From Phaeosaccion multiseriatum (taxonomy: Eukaryota > Protista > Ochrophyta, other classes), in assembly GCA_965112735.1 (NCBI GenBank), contig OZ218954.1, forward strand, positions 1,426,001-1,490,000: DNA of 64,000 bases. Reading direction: 5' to 3'. A program made the translations under genes and the position numbers. Every line of letters starts with the position of its first letter. Position 1 is the first letter of the stretch. The notes beneath the pieces are model-generated. The model was not told where the DNA came from. It did no database searches and saw only the letters and a program-made list of their open reading frames with translations. Below, piece after piece: positions 24,080 through 43,546 of the stretch.

Positions 24080-27000
24080 ATGGCGACAAGCGCTCCTGGC
24101 TCGAATAGTGGCAGCAACGCCCCCAGCAGTGGTACCAGCTCGGATCTGTTCGCTTACCTAACGCCGCCTCCACCCGCACATCAGCCCAGGTCGGGAGGCG
24201 AGACGCATCAACCGCAGGATAACATCGACCTCGAGGCGGTAGGAGAAGGCGCAGCAGCACGTAAGGAGGTAGCAGCGAAGGTCCGTGCGGCTGCTGCGCT
24301 GGGTGAGGATGAGAGAGGGGTCCAGGGAAGGGTGAGGGAGAAAGAGGGCGGAGATACGGGGGAGCAACGAGGCGGCAAGGATGCAGTGCAGGCAGGAGAC
24401 TCAGGAAAAGAAGGAGGAGGAGAAGGTCGGGTCGGAAAGGATGCGGTGGGGGTGGGGGGGGAAGGCACGTTGGAAGGAGGACACCCCCAAGGCGGAGTAC
24501 TTCACAAGAAAGGAGAGGAAGGGAGAGGTGATGGGAAAGATAAGAAGCAGGAGCAGAGGGACGAAGAGGAGGAGTCAGAGGAGCAGGGGGGAGAAGGTGG
24601 AGAGAAAGGCATGGAGAAGGAAGCAACCACGAGGGCAGGAGATGCAAGCGGAGCTAAGGCAAGGCGAAAGAAGCGCGACAATGACGACGATAAGGGAGAG
24701 GAGGAAGACCATGAGGATGTGATAGCGGAGCCGTGGTCGTTGAAGCGTCTCCGATCGAGCACGGCGGACTCAGCGGAGAAGTCCGACTCGCTCTCCCAGA
24801 AGAGGAGGAAGGCGGCGGTGAGCAGCCGCTCCACCGATGAGGCCCCGACGACAAGAAGTAAGGCGACAAGGGCCCCCGCGGGACGAGGAGGGGGGGGCTC
24901 GAGCTTCAAGAGGTTCTCGAAGGGGAAGAAGCAGCTGCCAGCGACCGGCGCGACTCGCAAAACGGCAACGGCACAGTCCTCTTCGCCCAAGAAGAAGCCC
25001 GACAGCACAGCCGGTGGGCGGGGCGCGAAGAGGATCACGGGCGGAACAAGTACCCGCAGCAGTCGCAGGAAGGAGGCCCAGAACAGGCTCGAGACGCCGC
25101 CCCCGGCTCTGAAGAGGAAGCAGCTGCAGATGAGCAAGCGATCCCCGCCAGCGCCTGCGAAGCAAACCGTCGCGGCGAAGGCTCGTCATCAAGGAGCAGA
25201 CGATGCTTCAACTACTTTCTTACTGGGCGTGAAGAAGGCTGGGAAGCAGCGCCGCGTGTCTGAGGAGATTGGCAACGAGGGTGCGGCCGACTTGGATAAT
25301 GAAACGCCAGCAGCTTCATCACAGGAAGGCCACCCGAGGGGAAGCAGGGGCGGAGGCAAGGCGGCTCGGCATGGCGCAACGACGCCTCAGCGGACGGACA
25401 AGAGACCGAGGGAGGCGAGGCCTAAGGCTCCCGCGCCAGGCACCGGACAGTCCCGTGCCGTCGCCGAGAGGCTCCGCGCCGAGATGGAAGCGGAGATGGA
25501 GGCAGACGTCTCCGAGCTCCGCGGGTGTTATAAAACCATCAGTTAAGGAGGAGAAGAGAGGGAGTTGCCGGAGGGGCCCTGGGTGTGGTACAGTTCGGTT
25601 CATGTACCACCACCGCGTCTTGTTTCGCCTCTGCCTTCTCATTGCCGATACTTCTCTCATGCCTATAGCGCTAGCAATGCCTCCGAAGCTGTAATCTGCC
25701 TGCTATTTCGCACTGAACCTTAGCCTCCCGACTGGCGTGTTGGTGTGACTCCTCCTCGCTGGCGCTCTCTCTTCCAATCTCCTTCTCCCCAGTTGGACAG
25801 GCGAAGCGAGAGGTGGGAGGGTGGCTGCGTGACCTGGAGAAGGGCACTAAGGGAAGCCTGGAAGGCTCCAAGGAAGCGTACATTGGCTCCTCTCGGCGAG
25901 CGTGCAGGGAGTCCCTTGCGGCCGCGGACAAGAGGCTCCAGGCCTTGGAAGGCTCCCTCCTCAAGCATGACAGAAGTGTGCGTGTGTGTGCGTGCGTGCC
26001 CGCCTTTCCTCCTTTGTTGGTGGGGCTTATGTCCCTTGACAAGATACTTTCACTCTCGACAGCGCCATGTGACATCCACTCTCCCGTACCTCGCTCGCTG
26101 CTGACCGTGGCTGTCTCGCTGTTCATGAATGACCTGACCCCTGCGCTCTGCTCACCTGTCTGCCTTCCTGTCTGTCTGTCTGTCTGTCTGCCTGCCTGTC
26201 TGTCTGCCTGTCTGCCTATCTGCCTGTCTGCCTGCCTACTTGGTGCAATAGGACGTTGAAAAGAAGTTGCAGAGGCGTTCAGACTTGGCCTCCACTTGCG
26301 TGCGCCGGTACGAGGAGGACATTGCTGCGGTGGTCAGGGATGCTTTGAAGGACCACTGAGACGCCCCAGAAAACGGCACACAGTGTCAGGACGAGCGAGA
26401 GGGGGGCTCAAGCTCGACGGACTTGGGAGGATTAAGGAGAGGGGGAGAGGGGGGGAGCGGGTAGGGGGCAGCGGGCGGGGCGGGGCGGGGGGGGGGAAGG
26501 ACGTCAGGAGAACTGCTGCGCTCGCGGAAAGCGGAGGGGTACTAAGAGGGGTCCAGAGGATCGACACGCACGCGCGCACGCACGCACGCACACACAGAGC
26601 GGTGGGAGGCAGTGAGAAGGAGAAAGCTCGCTCAAGCCGGTCCTCATCTCGACGGTGCTGAGCTTCAGCGAGTGGGGACTGCCCTTTCCCATCGGCGGGT
26701 GGGTGGGAGGCTATCGCGCAAAGGCACAGGAGTATAGGCACAAATGGTATTTAATTCGTAAAGTAAAAGGGAGCGTGAGAGGCAGGGGATGGATCGAGAC
26801 GCAGCGGGGGCGGCAAGGCAAGGCCAACATCAGTGTTCTCTCCTCTCTCACGCTTTCAGCACCAAGAAGCAGGTAGAGGTGTCAACGAGGGAGATACATA
26901 CACACACCTTGGTCATAAAAATGCTTTGGTGGATAGCATAATCTTTAGGCTAGCTAGGGTTCTTGGATACGAAACAACAAGCAACGCCACCTCTCCAGTC

Positions 27001-27607
27001 ACATTCGCCACTTGCGCTGCTGCCGAACCGGGCGCACGTCGGGCTTGTTCCCTTGAGGTGGAAGCGGCGCCTGCCGGTCGACTTCGGCAGCTACTCTCGT
27101 GGGACTTTTCTATCACGCGCTCCTGCCATCGTCGTTGGCCTTAATGGCCAAGTCCCGAGTCTCCATAAGTCGGTTGTGTTGCTGCCCTCAATGGATTGGG
27201 GCATCTCGTCATCACGACTATCCTCAGCAGCCTCACACCACTCTCATCGCAGCAGCGGCTCTACTTGTTCGGGGCACCCTCTCGGTGTCGCTGTCTCAAG
27301 TTACCCCCTCGCCTTTCTCTTTCCTCTCTCTGCCTCCCCCTCGGCCTCCCTATGTCCTACTGGTGCCTCACCCTCCTGCTGCCTCATCGCTCAGGCCGCC
27401 CGAGAGGAGGCGGAGAGCTTGCTGCCCCCCACACACGAACTGCGCCTGGCGGTGGCGGCGGCCCACGCGTGCTTCTACAAACAAGTCCTTGACCCCACCC
27501 GCGATGCGTTGCACTTCGCTTTCGCTGGCATGAAAGAGCCGCACCTGGAGATATCCGCCTCTGCCCTGGAGTCCATTGGAGAAGGCAAATTGGGCAATGG
27601 CCTGTGA
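24080..27607 (+). CDS. Divergent 14-3-3-like protein with a ~490-aa disordered charged N-terminus; middle exons unresolved, possibly disrupted
   Basis: Spliced GCYKTI|IGQAKR resembles 14-3-3 AYKNVIGARR. EKKLQ...RRYEEDIAAVVRDALK resembles helix 4. LLPPTHELRLAVAAAHACFYKQVL resembles [23 protein letters not shown]. Confidence 0.55.
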
Positions 27608-28088
27608 GTGTGGAGCAGCATCGCATCATCTCGCTTATCCACGGAGAGCGCGAAGGCGTGAGTGCCTATGCTGTTCTTGGGGCGGCTGTGAATGAGCGAC
27701 TCGGGGAGAGCAGGTACTGTAGCACCAGCCCAGCGAGGCATTCGTAACAAGACTCTGAGCGGGGCGAGGACGGCAAGATGCAACATGAAGTCCACTCTGA
27801 CGGCAGACTCTGAGAAACGAGTCACCGGTGTTTTACTGGTGCTCGTACTGCCACTGCTCCTCTTCTTGACTTCTTGGACCTTTAATGCCATCCCATGTCT
27901 CCTCCAATTCAATGTTACTTGCTCTCTCTCTCTCTCTCTCTCTTCAAAGCGACTTTGCTCCAGCGGTACGACGACCCTCGACTGTCCTTTTCAGAAGAGA
28001 GGATAAAGTGCCGCATGCACTATTCCCATCCCTAGAGCGACTTGCAAGAAGTCCGATTAAGACTTCAATTCGATTCAAGTCCATGCAT

Positions 28089-37164
<9,076 letters not shown>

Positions 37165-37422
37165 GATGCAATGTTTCGATGATCCAATAGATACCGAAGA
37201 CAAGAAAGCGGATTCCACCTCCTTAAGAATGCTCTTCTGCTCTCAGTACGATCCTCTCCTCGATTCCCATGAGACTACACTACCAGCACTTCCACGCATG
37301 CATGCTGCTTTGGTTTTACGCTCCGTGAGGAAAGACAAAGACAGCAAGGAAAAATGGCGACGATTTCTGGATAATAACGTGTGAACTTGGTAGTAGCGCA
37401 CATGCTCAACGCGATGATCTCC

Positions 37423-37675
37423 CTATCCCCACCCTCTAACTGGCGGAGATGCGGTTACGAGTCGGGTTCTTTCGTATAGAAACGTCGGGAAAGCCGTATC
37501 ACCCACTTTGGTGATGACCTTCTTTCCCGCAAGGGATTCAAGTTCATTTTTATGATGACGAACTTTCGCTGAGCTTTGCCATGAGCGAGACCGGGCGCTA
37601 TATACCTTGTTACAATGCCTTTGAATGTCTGACCCCCACCCACCCAGTAGGATTAGCTTTGCTTGAAAGACGATG
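37423..37675. mobile_element. Non-TIR dispersed repeat; left 86 bp recurs at 38147-38232, right 62 bp recurs at 40881-40942
   Basis: 83/86 and 62/62 identity, read directly, with sharp boundaries. Element class unknown. Confidence 0.6.
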
Positions 37676-38146
37676 TGGGAAAGAAAAGAAGAGGTCCGGC
37701 ACTCAACACCGTGGAGGCTACTGTCGGCACTCAACACCGACACAGCCTCCTAAGCTCTTCTTCCCTCTTCCACGGAGGCCCCGGCTCTCAACACCAAGGC
37801 AGGCCTCCTTGGCCGACACAAGCGCTCTGTCCGGGCCCAGGACAAGAGGCTCGCTTTCCACCACACCAGTATCTACTCTCCTCCTTGACAGTGTGCTCCA
37901 CTCTTCCTGGGCTCTGTCTCCGCCGCCTCAGTAAGTGACAGCACACGCCAAGGTCTCTCCTCTTCTGAAAAATCTAAATTCCCTGCTTCACTGACATACT
38001 GTACATCTCCCCAGAGGGGACCCCCCCCTTGGGGCGGTACCAAGCACCTACGCTGGCGCTTCGCCCTGCTGGCTCCCATGTCTCCCACCTCGTCCTCGTC
38101 TCTGTTCCGCGAGAAACAAAGTTCCGTTGCTGCGCTGCTGAACAGG

Positions 38147-38232
38147 CTATCCCCACCCTCTAACTGGCGGAGATGCGGTTACGAGTCGGGTTCTTTCGTA
38201 TAGAACCGTCGAGAAAGCCTTATCACCCACTT
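38147..38232. repeat. Copy of the left module of 37423-37675
   Basis: CTATCCCCACCCTCTAACTGGCGG...TATCACCCACTT with 3 mismatches. Confidence 0.9.
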
Positions 38233-38605
38233 GTCGGTCTCTTGGTAGAGCCACCTCTCTCTGCCTGGAGTCCCGGGAGATAACCCCCAAGCTGGTGCTT
38301 TCGTTCCCGTCAAAGAGGAGAGTTGGGAGAAGTGATAAATTATTGCTAAGAGGGCAAGAGCACTATCCTTCGTGTCCTGCCCCCCCCCCCCTCTATCCTT
38401 GCTACAGCGCGCGTACCGGCGGGTAGAGTGTTACGGTCTTGCCTCCATGCAGTTGCAGCAGAGTTCAGACGCCGCGTGTAGTACCATAGCAAGGGTTTCC
38501 GAGACCGACACTTCTCTCATTCTGTGCAGACGATGCAGACCCCCGAACTTACATAGCAGCGGCGCTTCATCCACAAGTTCCTTGGAAGGGCACGAAAGAA
38601 AACCC

Positions 38606-39639
38606 CTACAGCCGGCGACGTAGTCCCGTTTCGGCACACCCCCGAACGAACTCTGCCAGATGCGTGGCGTTTACGAGGGTGACCTCCCGATGGATCGGAT
38701 TCGCCGATATGGGTGGCGTCGAGTACAGGGGAGTATATTGCTTGTGTCGGTGCCCAAACCTTCTCGCCAAGTTGTGAAAGTCAGCCTTAAAGTACCCGTC
38801 ACATTTCTTACAACAACCCCCCTCGCAGGCACCCGGGTTTACGACCACTATAGTATTATTCTGATCACGAGACAGATGAGCGTGTTTGGGTACATCTTTG
38901 CAGCAAAAGCCGAAGTTCTGCTTGATCTCAACCACTGTCGAGCCAGCCTTCATCCAAACCAGGTTGGTCAATTGCGCTCCGTGAACCGAGAGGAACACTC
39001 GTGCGCGTCGAACGCTCGCCATCTGTTGCAGGTAGCTGGTCTGGGAAAAGTCCGCCAGCTCCACACACAGACCTTGTGCGAGTAAGGCATCCACCACTTC
39101 TGTTATTGTACCTGTCTCCGCACCACCGAGCTGCCTCCGATACCGCAACGCGCGTTGAACCAGCAGAACGTCAATCCCGTTTTCACAAGCCCCTTTGCTC
39201 TTTCCCTTGGCTGAAGAATACGCTTTGTTGGAACGTAAAATCTTCTCCACGAGAGCATCTGCTGTCTTCATGACACCCTGCACATCCGCCCGTGTGTTCG
39301 GCCGGGCTTGCCAAGGATGAATAATGTGCTCCGCCTTCCCACCAACCTTGCTTGTGTAAATGCGACTGTATGAGGTATTGGGAGAAAAAGGCTCGTCTGA
39401 GACTCCGAGAAAGAGGTCGCCCACGTAGGGCAGTCTGTACTCACCGGCTGTGATTCCTGCAACAGTCACGGATGTTCCCTCAGCTGCCGCCTGAAGAGCC
39501 AGTCCTAGTGGGCACCAGAAGTTTTTGCTTGCACCCATCGCCACAATGTGGAACAGATTTCCTTGCGTTTGCAATCCGGAAATTCTATTCTCCACCACAA
39601 AGAGCTGCGGCAGAGCAAGAGTCGCTTTTCCCCTTTCCC

Positions 39640-39671
<32 letters not shown>

Positions 39672-40072
39672 ACCAGCACGCCCTCAACGACCACCTCTTC
39701 CACTTCCACTGCCTCGCACGTAATGAAATTTGTATCAACCTCCGAGCTGGATACCCACTTCTCCTGAATATGCTCCTTTGCCCACGCGTAATACTCCGCC
39801 CCATAACGCTTTAGGAAGTACTCAAGATTGCGTATCTCGGGGCAAAGCTTCGCCGTAGTCCACCCAGCGTAAGCTGTACTGCCATTTGCAAAGTTCGGCC
39901 CGAGGCAAGCCCCAAGAGATATGAGAGTCTCGCTGTCATTTGGCCACAAATGATGGATAAGCCCCCCTTGCCTTGGCACAGTGGATCCTTGTGATGCCCA
40001 AGATCTCCATGCCAATGCGAAGGTACTACACAGTACGAGGACTGCGACCGTCTTCTTTATTAGCTGAAGCAT
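38606..40072 (-). CDS. Intronless glycosyltransferase family 61 (DUF563-like) type II membrane protein
   Basis: N-terminal signal anchor, NLFH motif, and QQMASVRRARVFLSVHGAQLTNLVWMKAGSTVVEI, the typical GT61 HGAxLTN motif. Confidence 0.85.
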
Positions 40073-40156
40073 TTAGTGGGAAGGGGGAGGGGCAAAAATC
40101 CAAGGCTTTTCACAGCTGGAGCCAAAAGACGGATCCAGGCCAAATCCCTGAGTTTG

Positions 40157-40775
40157 ATGGTCAAGTACTATCAGCACCAGCCAGCCCACAAGATGGACCA
40201 GCGTCGGAAGAAGGCGCGGGAAAGCGTTAGCTATTCACATCTCAAGCAACGAGTCGATGCCCTTCTTCTTCTTGAGGCGTGTTCGGTGACCTTCCTCCTG
40301 ATCGACCCCTGACACACTATCCGCTATCCGCTATCGCCGGCGCCAGCCGGCGCGCTATCCGCTATCGGCAGCGTCAGCCGGCTTTGGGGGGGGGGGGGGG
40401 TTGTTGGGGCGTGCTATCCGCCAGCCGGCGCGCTATCCGCTATCGGCCGGCGCCAGCCGGCACGCTATCCGCTATCGGCCCCCGGGGGGGGCGATAGCGC
40501 GCTATCGAGAATGTGGGCGATAGTGTGTCAGGGGTCGATCCTGACCCACCCCACGGAGGACCCTGAGCGTACGGAAGGAGGAAGCGGGACGGAAGAGTTC
40601 AAAACCTTTTCTAGCTCCTACTACCCGAGACCGGCCGCGCTTTCCCGGCCCGGCCGGGTACTAGCTACGGAGGGATGTCGGGCTGGACAGCTGGACGTGT
40701 GAAGAGTTCTACAGCCTCTTCCGCTTCAGGCGTCCTGACATACAGGAGGTGATGCCCGTGGATCCCGTGAGTTAG
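40157..40775 (+). pseudogene. Possible 5' relic of a PIF/Harbinger-type transposase gene, interrupted by a MITE and frameshifted
   Basis: Removing the MITE and one TSD rejoins two ORFs. The overlapping frame reads LDSWTCEEFYSLFRFRRPDIQEV, resembling the LD..SD.EC...FRF.K.DI N-terminal motif of Harbinger-like transposases (recalled, not searched). Confidence 0.4.
40302..40538. mobile_element. Complete 237-bp MITE, family B
   Basis: Perfect 20-bp TIR TCGACCCCTGACACACTATC, 6-bp TSD TCCTGA (40296-40301 and 40539-40544), internal GCTATCCGCTATC and GCCGGCGCCAGCCGG repeats. Confidence 0.92.
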
Positions 40776-40880
40776 TCTAGGTGTGTTTGCATTTGCTTGC
40801 TGGGGCGCTGCTTTCCCAAAAAAAACAAAAAAACAAAATCAAAAATCCTAAATCCCAAATCCCGACTTCGCATACACCCA

Positions 40881-40942
40881 AATGCCTTTGAATGTCTGAC
40901 CCCCACCCACCCAGTAGGATTAGCTTTGCTTGAAAGACGATG
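40881..40942. repeat. Exact copy of the right module of 37423-37675
   Basis: 62/62 identical to 37614-37675. Confidence 0.9.
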
Positions 40943-41311
40943 AAGCATTGGAAGAGCTGTGTGTGGTGGGAAGAGGGGAAAGAGAGGGGGGAGGTGGGTG
41001 GACTCAAGACCAGGTGGGTGGGTGGCGTGGGGTGTGGATATTGGTGTGGGTTTCAGTGTGGGTGTAGGTGGGCGTGGGCGTGGGAGTGGAGAGCTGAGCA
41101 GGGGTTTTCGCCTTCGCTTGCTTGCTTCACTTCAGTCCTCCGGCCTCTAGGTCCTTATAGTTCCCTCCCTCCCTCCCGCTTTCCGAGCCATGACCGCCAT
41201 CCACTCGGGCACGTGCGAGAGAAAGAGTGTGTGTGTCCACTCGTCGTACATGTATTGCTATGCGCCAGACTGAGTGGGCCTGGTCCATTTCCTCTTGTGC
41301 TGATTGTTGCT

Positions 41312-43419
41312 CTACCTCTTTGAAGACCTGCTCTTTTGCCGGGCATCCTTGCCTGGTCTTTGGGCTCCTCCCGTCCTTCCCCTCCCTCCCCTCCCTCCCC
41401 TCCCTCCTCCTCCACCCCCTCGTCCGCCCCTTCCACCCCCCCTCCCACCGCCCCTCCCCGCGGCTTTGCCCATCCTGGGGTCAAAGTTGGAGAAGTCGTT
41501 GAGAGAGGAGGGGTCGGTTGCCTTCTTGAACCTCTTCTGCCCTCCGTAGCCAAACTTCTTGTCCGCTGCTTCTCGCTTCTTATTCCTCCCCCCGCCTCCA
41601 CGGCCGCCACCTCCCCCCTTGCCCCCCGTACCGTCCAGATAGGCATCCAAGCCATCATCGTCCGGCAGGGCCGAGCCTCCCCTCGCCTTGGCATCCTTCT
41701 TCCACCGCTCCACCGCATCCAACGTCTCCAGTTTCTGCTCTTTCTTCTCGGTCATCTTCACCTGCGCCACTTGCTTGGCGTATTTGCGCTGGTCCTGGCG
41801 CTGCTTCCTCTGTTCAAAGGCCTCCATCTTCTTGGTCTCGTAGATTAGCTTGTCCTGTTTGGGGTTGGGGTTGGGTTTGGGTTAGGTGTTGGTGGATGTT
41901 TTGGTCGGGTTTCGGAGTTGGAATGTTGTGTTTTGTGTAGGTGCACACCATGGGAAAGGGCCAAAGGTTTTCCATCGAAAAGGGGCAGCCAGCCAGGAGG
42001 TGCGAGGGGATGGAAGGGACTCTGATTCGTTCATTCAGGCGTTTGCACTCCCACTCGAGAATGGGGTTGGGATAGTGGAGTATCTGGCCTATCTACACAC
42101 ACACACTTACATGCAACATACATACATACATACATACATACATACATACATACATACATACATACATACATACATACATACATACATACATACATACATG
42201 CGCGTACCTTAATTTTGCTCATGTGGCCATCTGACTTGACCATTTCGCACAGAAAGTCGTCCGGTCGCTTGTAGCCAATGCCCGCCTCCTCTAACCGGGC
42301 CTTGGACGACTGTGGCGCAGTGCAGCCGGGAGATCGATACCCATGGATGGATGGCGATGGGGGGGAGGATACGATCGATAAGAGAGACAGACATGTGCAT
42401 GCATGCGAAAAGAGCACCGCCGCTGCTGTGTGAAGTCGTCCATTCCAGTCCGCCGACGGGTGGTCCATACAGTAGTGGCTGGCTTCTCCCATTCATCACA
42501 CGGCTCTCGGTACCGGTACCCTTCCCCACACGACGCGACTGCACTCAGGCGCGCGTGTGCTGTCGTTCCTCCCCCTCTCCCCGCTCGCTCCCTCCCTCCT
42601 TGCCCCCGACCAGATCTCTCCGCCCCTTTCTCCTCGCAGCCCAGCCCTACCCATCCCCCCAGCCCCCGCGCACGCACGACAAGCCTCCCCCCTTCCTCGC
42701 TCACCTTGACCGCGGCCAGTGCTGTCTGGTAGAAGGCCACTTCTCTGCTAAGGTCGTCGTGAACGTCATCCAGCTCTAGGCTGTGCTCACACGTTACGAG
42801 CGTCTCCGCCCACGGCAGATGGTTGTCCAGCTCCTGCACCTAATGGAGGGGGGGGGGGGGGGGGGCAGGAGGGAGGGAGGGTGAGCATTCCTTTCTCCTC
42901 CACCGCACTTCCCTTCTCCTCCACAAGGGCGTGGCAAAAGGGGAGGAAGGGGAGGGGATGAGGATGAAGCGGAAAAGGCTCGCTCTACGTACTTTTTGCT
43001 CGAGACCCTTCTTGTTATAGATGAAGCTCTTCTTGGTGGCCTCGTCCTGCTGCTCTCTCCTGGCTTGCTCCTGCTCCGCCATCATCTGCTTGGCTGCCTC
43101 CAGCTCCTATGGAACGCATGGGGGGCATGAGGGCACATAAGGTAGGGGTTCAGAGTGGAACGGCCTCACGGGAAGAGCGACGGAACGGGCAAGAGGTGTG
43201 CAAAAGCTGAAACAGAGCCCAACGCAAGAGAAGGGAGGCGAGGAGGATCACGACAGCAGCGGAGAGACGAGGGCAGGGACCGAAAAAAAGTGCCTTTACA
43301 TCTTCCAAGAAAAATCGGTGTCCTTCCCCAGAAGACTGAGTTCCGCTTACCATGACGGCCTCATCCTCATCGTTCTCCTCCTCGTCGCTGCTATGCTGGC
43401 GGATGGGGCGTTTAGGCAT
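41312..43419 (-). CDS. EBP2: rRNA-processing protein EBP2 (5 exons)
   Basis: VHDDLSREVAFYQTAL, YKRPDDFLCEMVKSDGHMSKIK, RKYAKQV, KKFGYGGQKR and C-terminal RPGK. Introns are GT-AG. Confidence 0.93.
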
Positions 43420-43546
43420 AGCTCCTCAAGGGGAAACAAAAAGGTGGTGGCCGTGAACGCGACTCACAGAGTCCGGTGCGTGTCACCAACACGGGAATTT
43501 GGTCTCCCGCCCACATCTCGTTCTGTCAAGTCTCTCTCCGGGCATC
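43420..43546. promoter_or_regulatory. Probable compact bidirectional promoter between EBP2 and QNG1
   Basis: The two divergent start codons are only 127 bp apart. Confidence 0.6.

Noticed and set aside
26357-26359. In-frame TGA as possible selenocysteine
   Set aside because: No redox motif context, no SECIS recognised, and the downstream sequence looks intronic or low-complexity.
37511-37572. Box C (GTGATGA), C'-like (ATGATGA) and D (CTGA) arrangement suggesting a C/D snoRNA
   Set aside because: No terminal stem, no clear D' box, no rRNA guide I could verify, and it lies inside a dispersed repeat. It would need snoscan or Rfam support.
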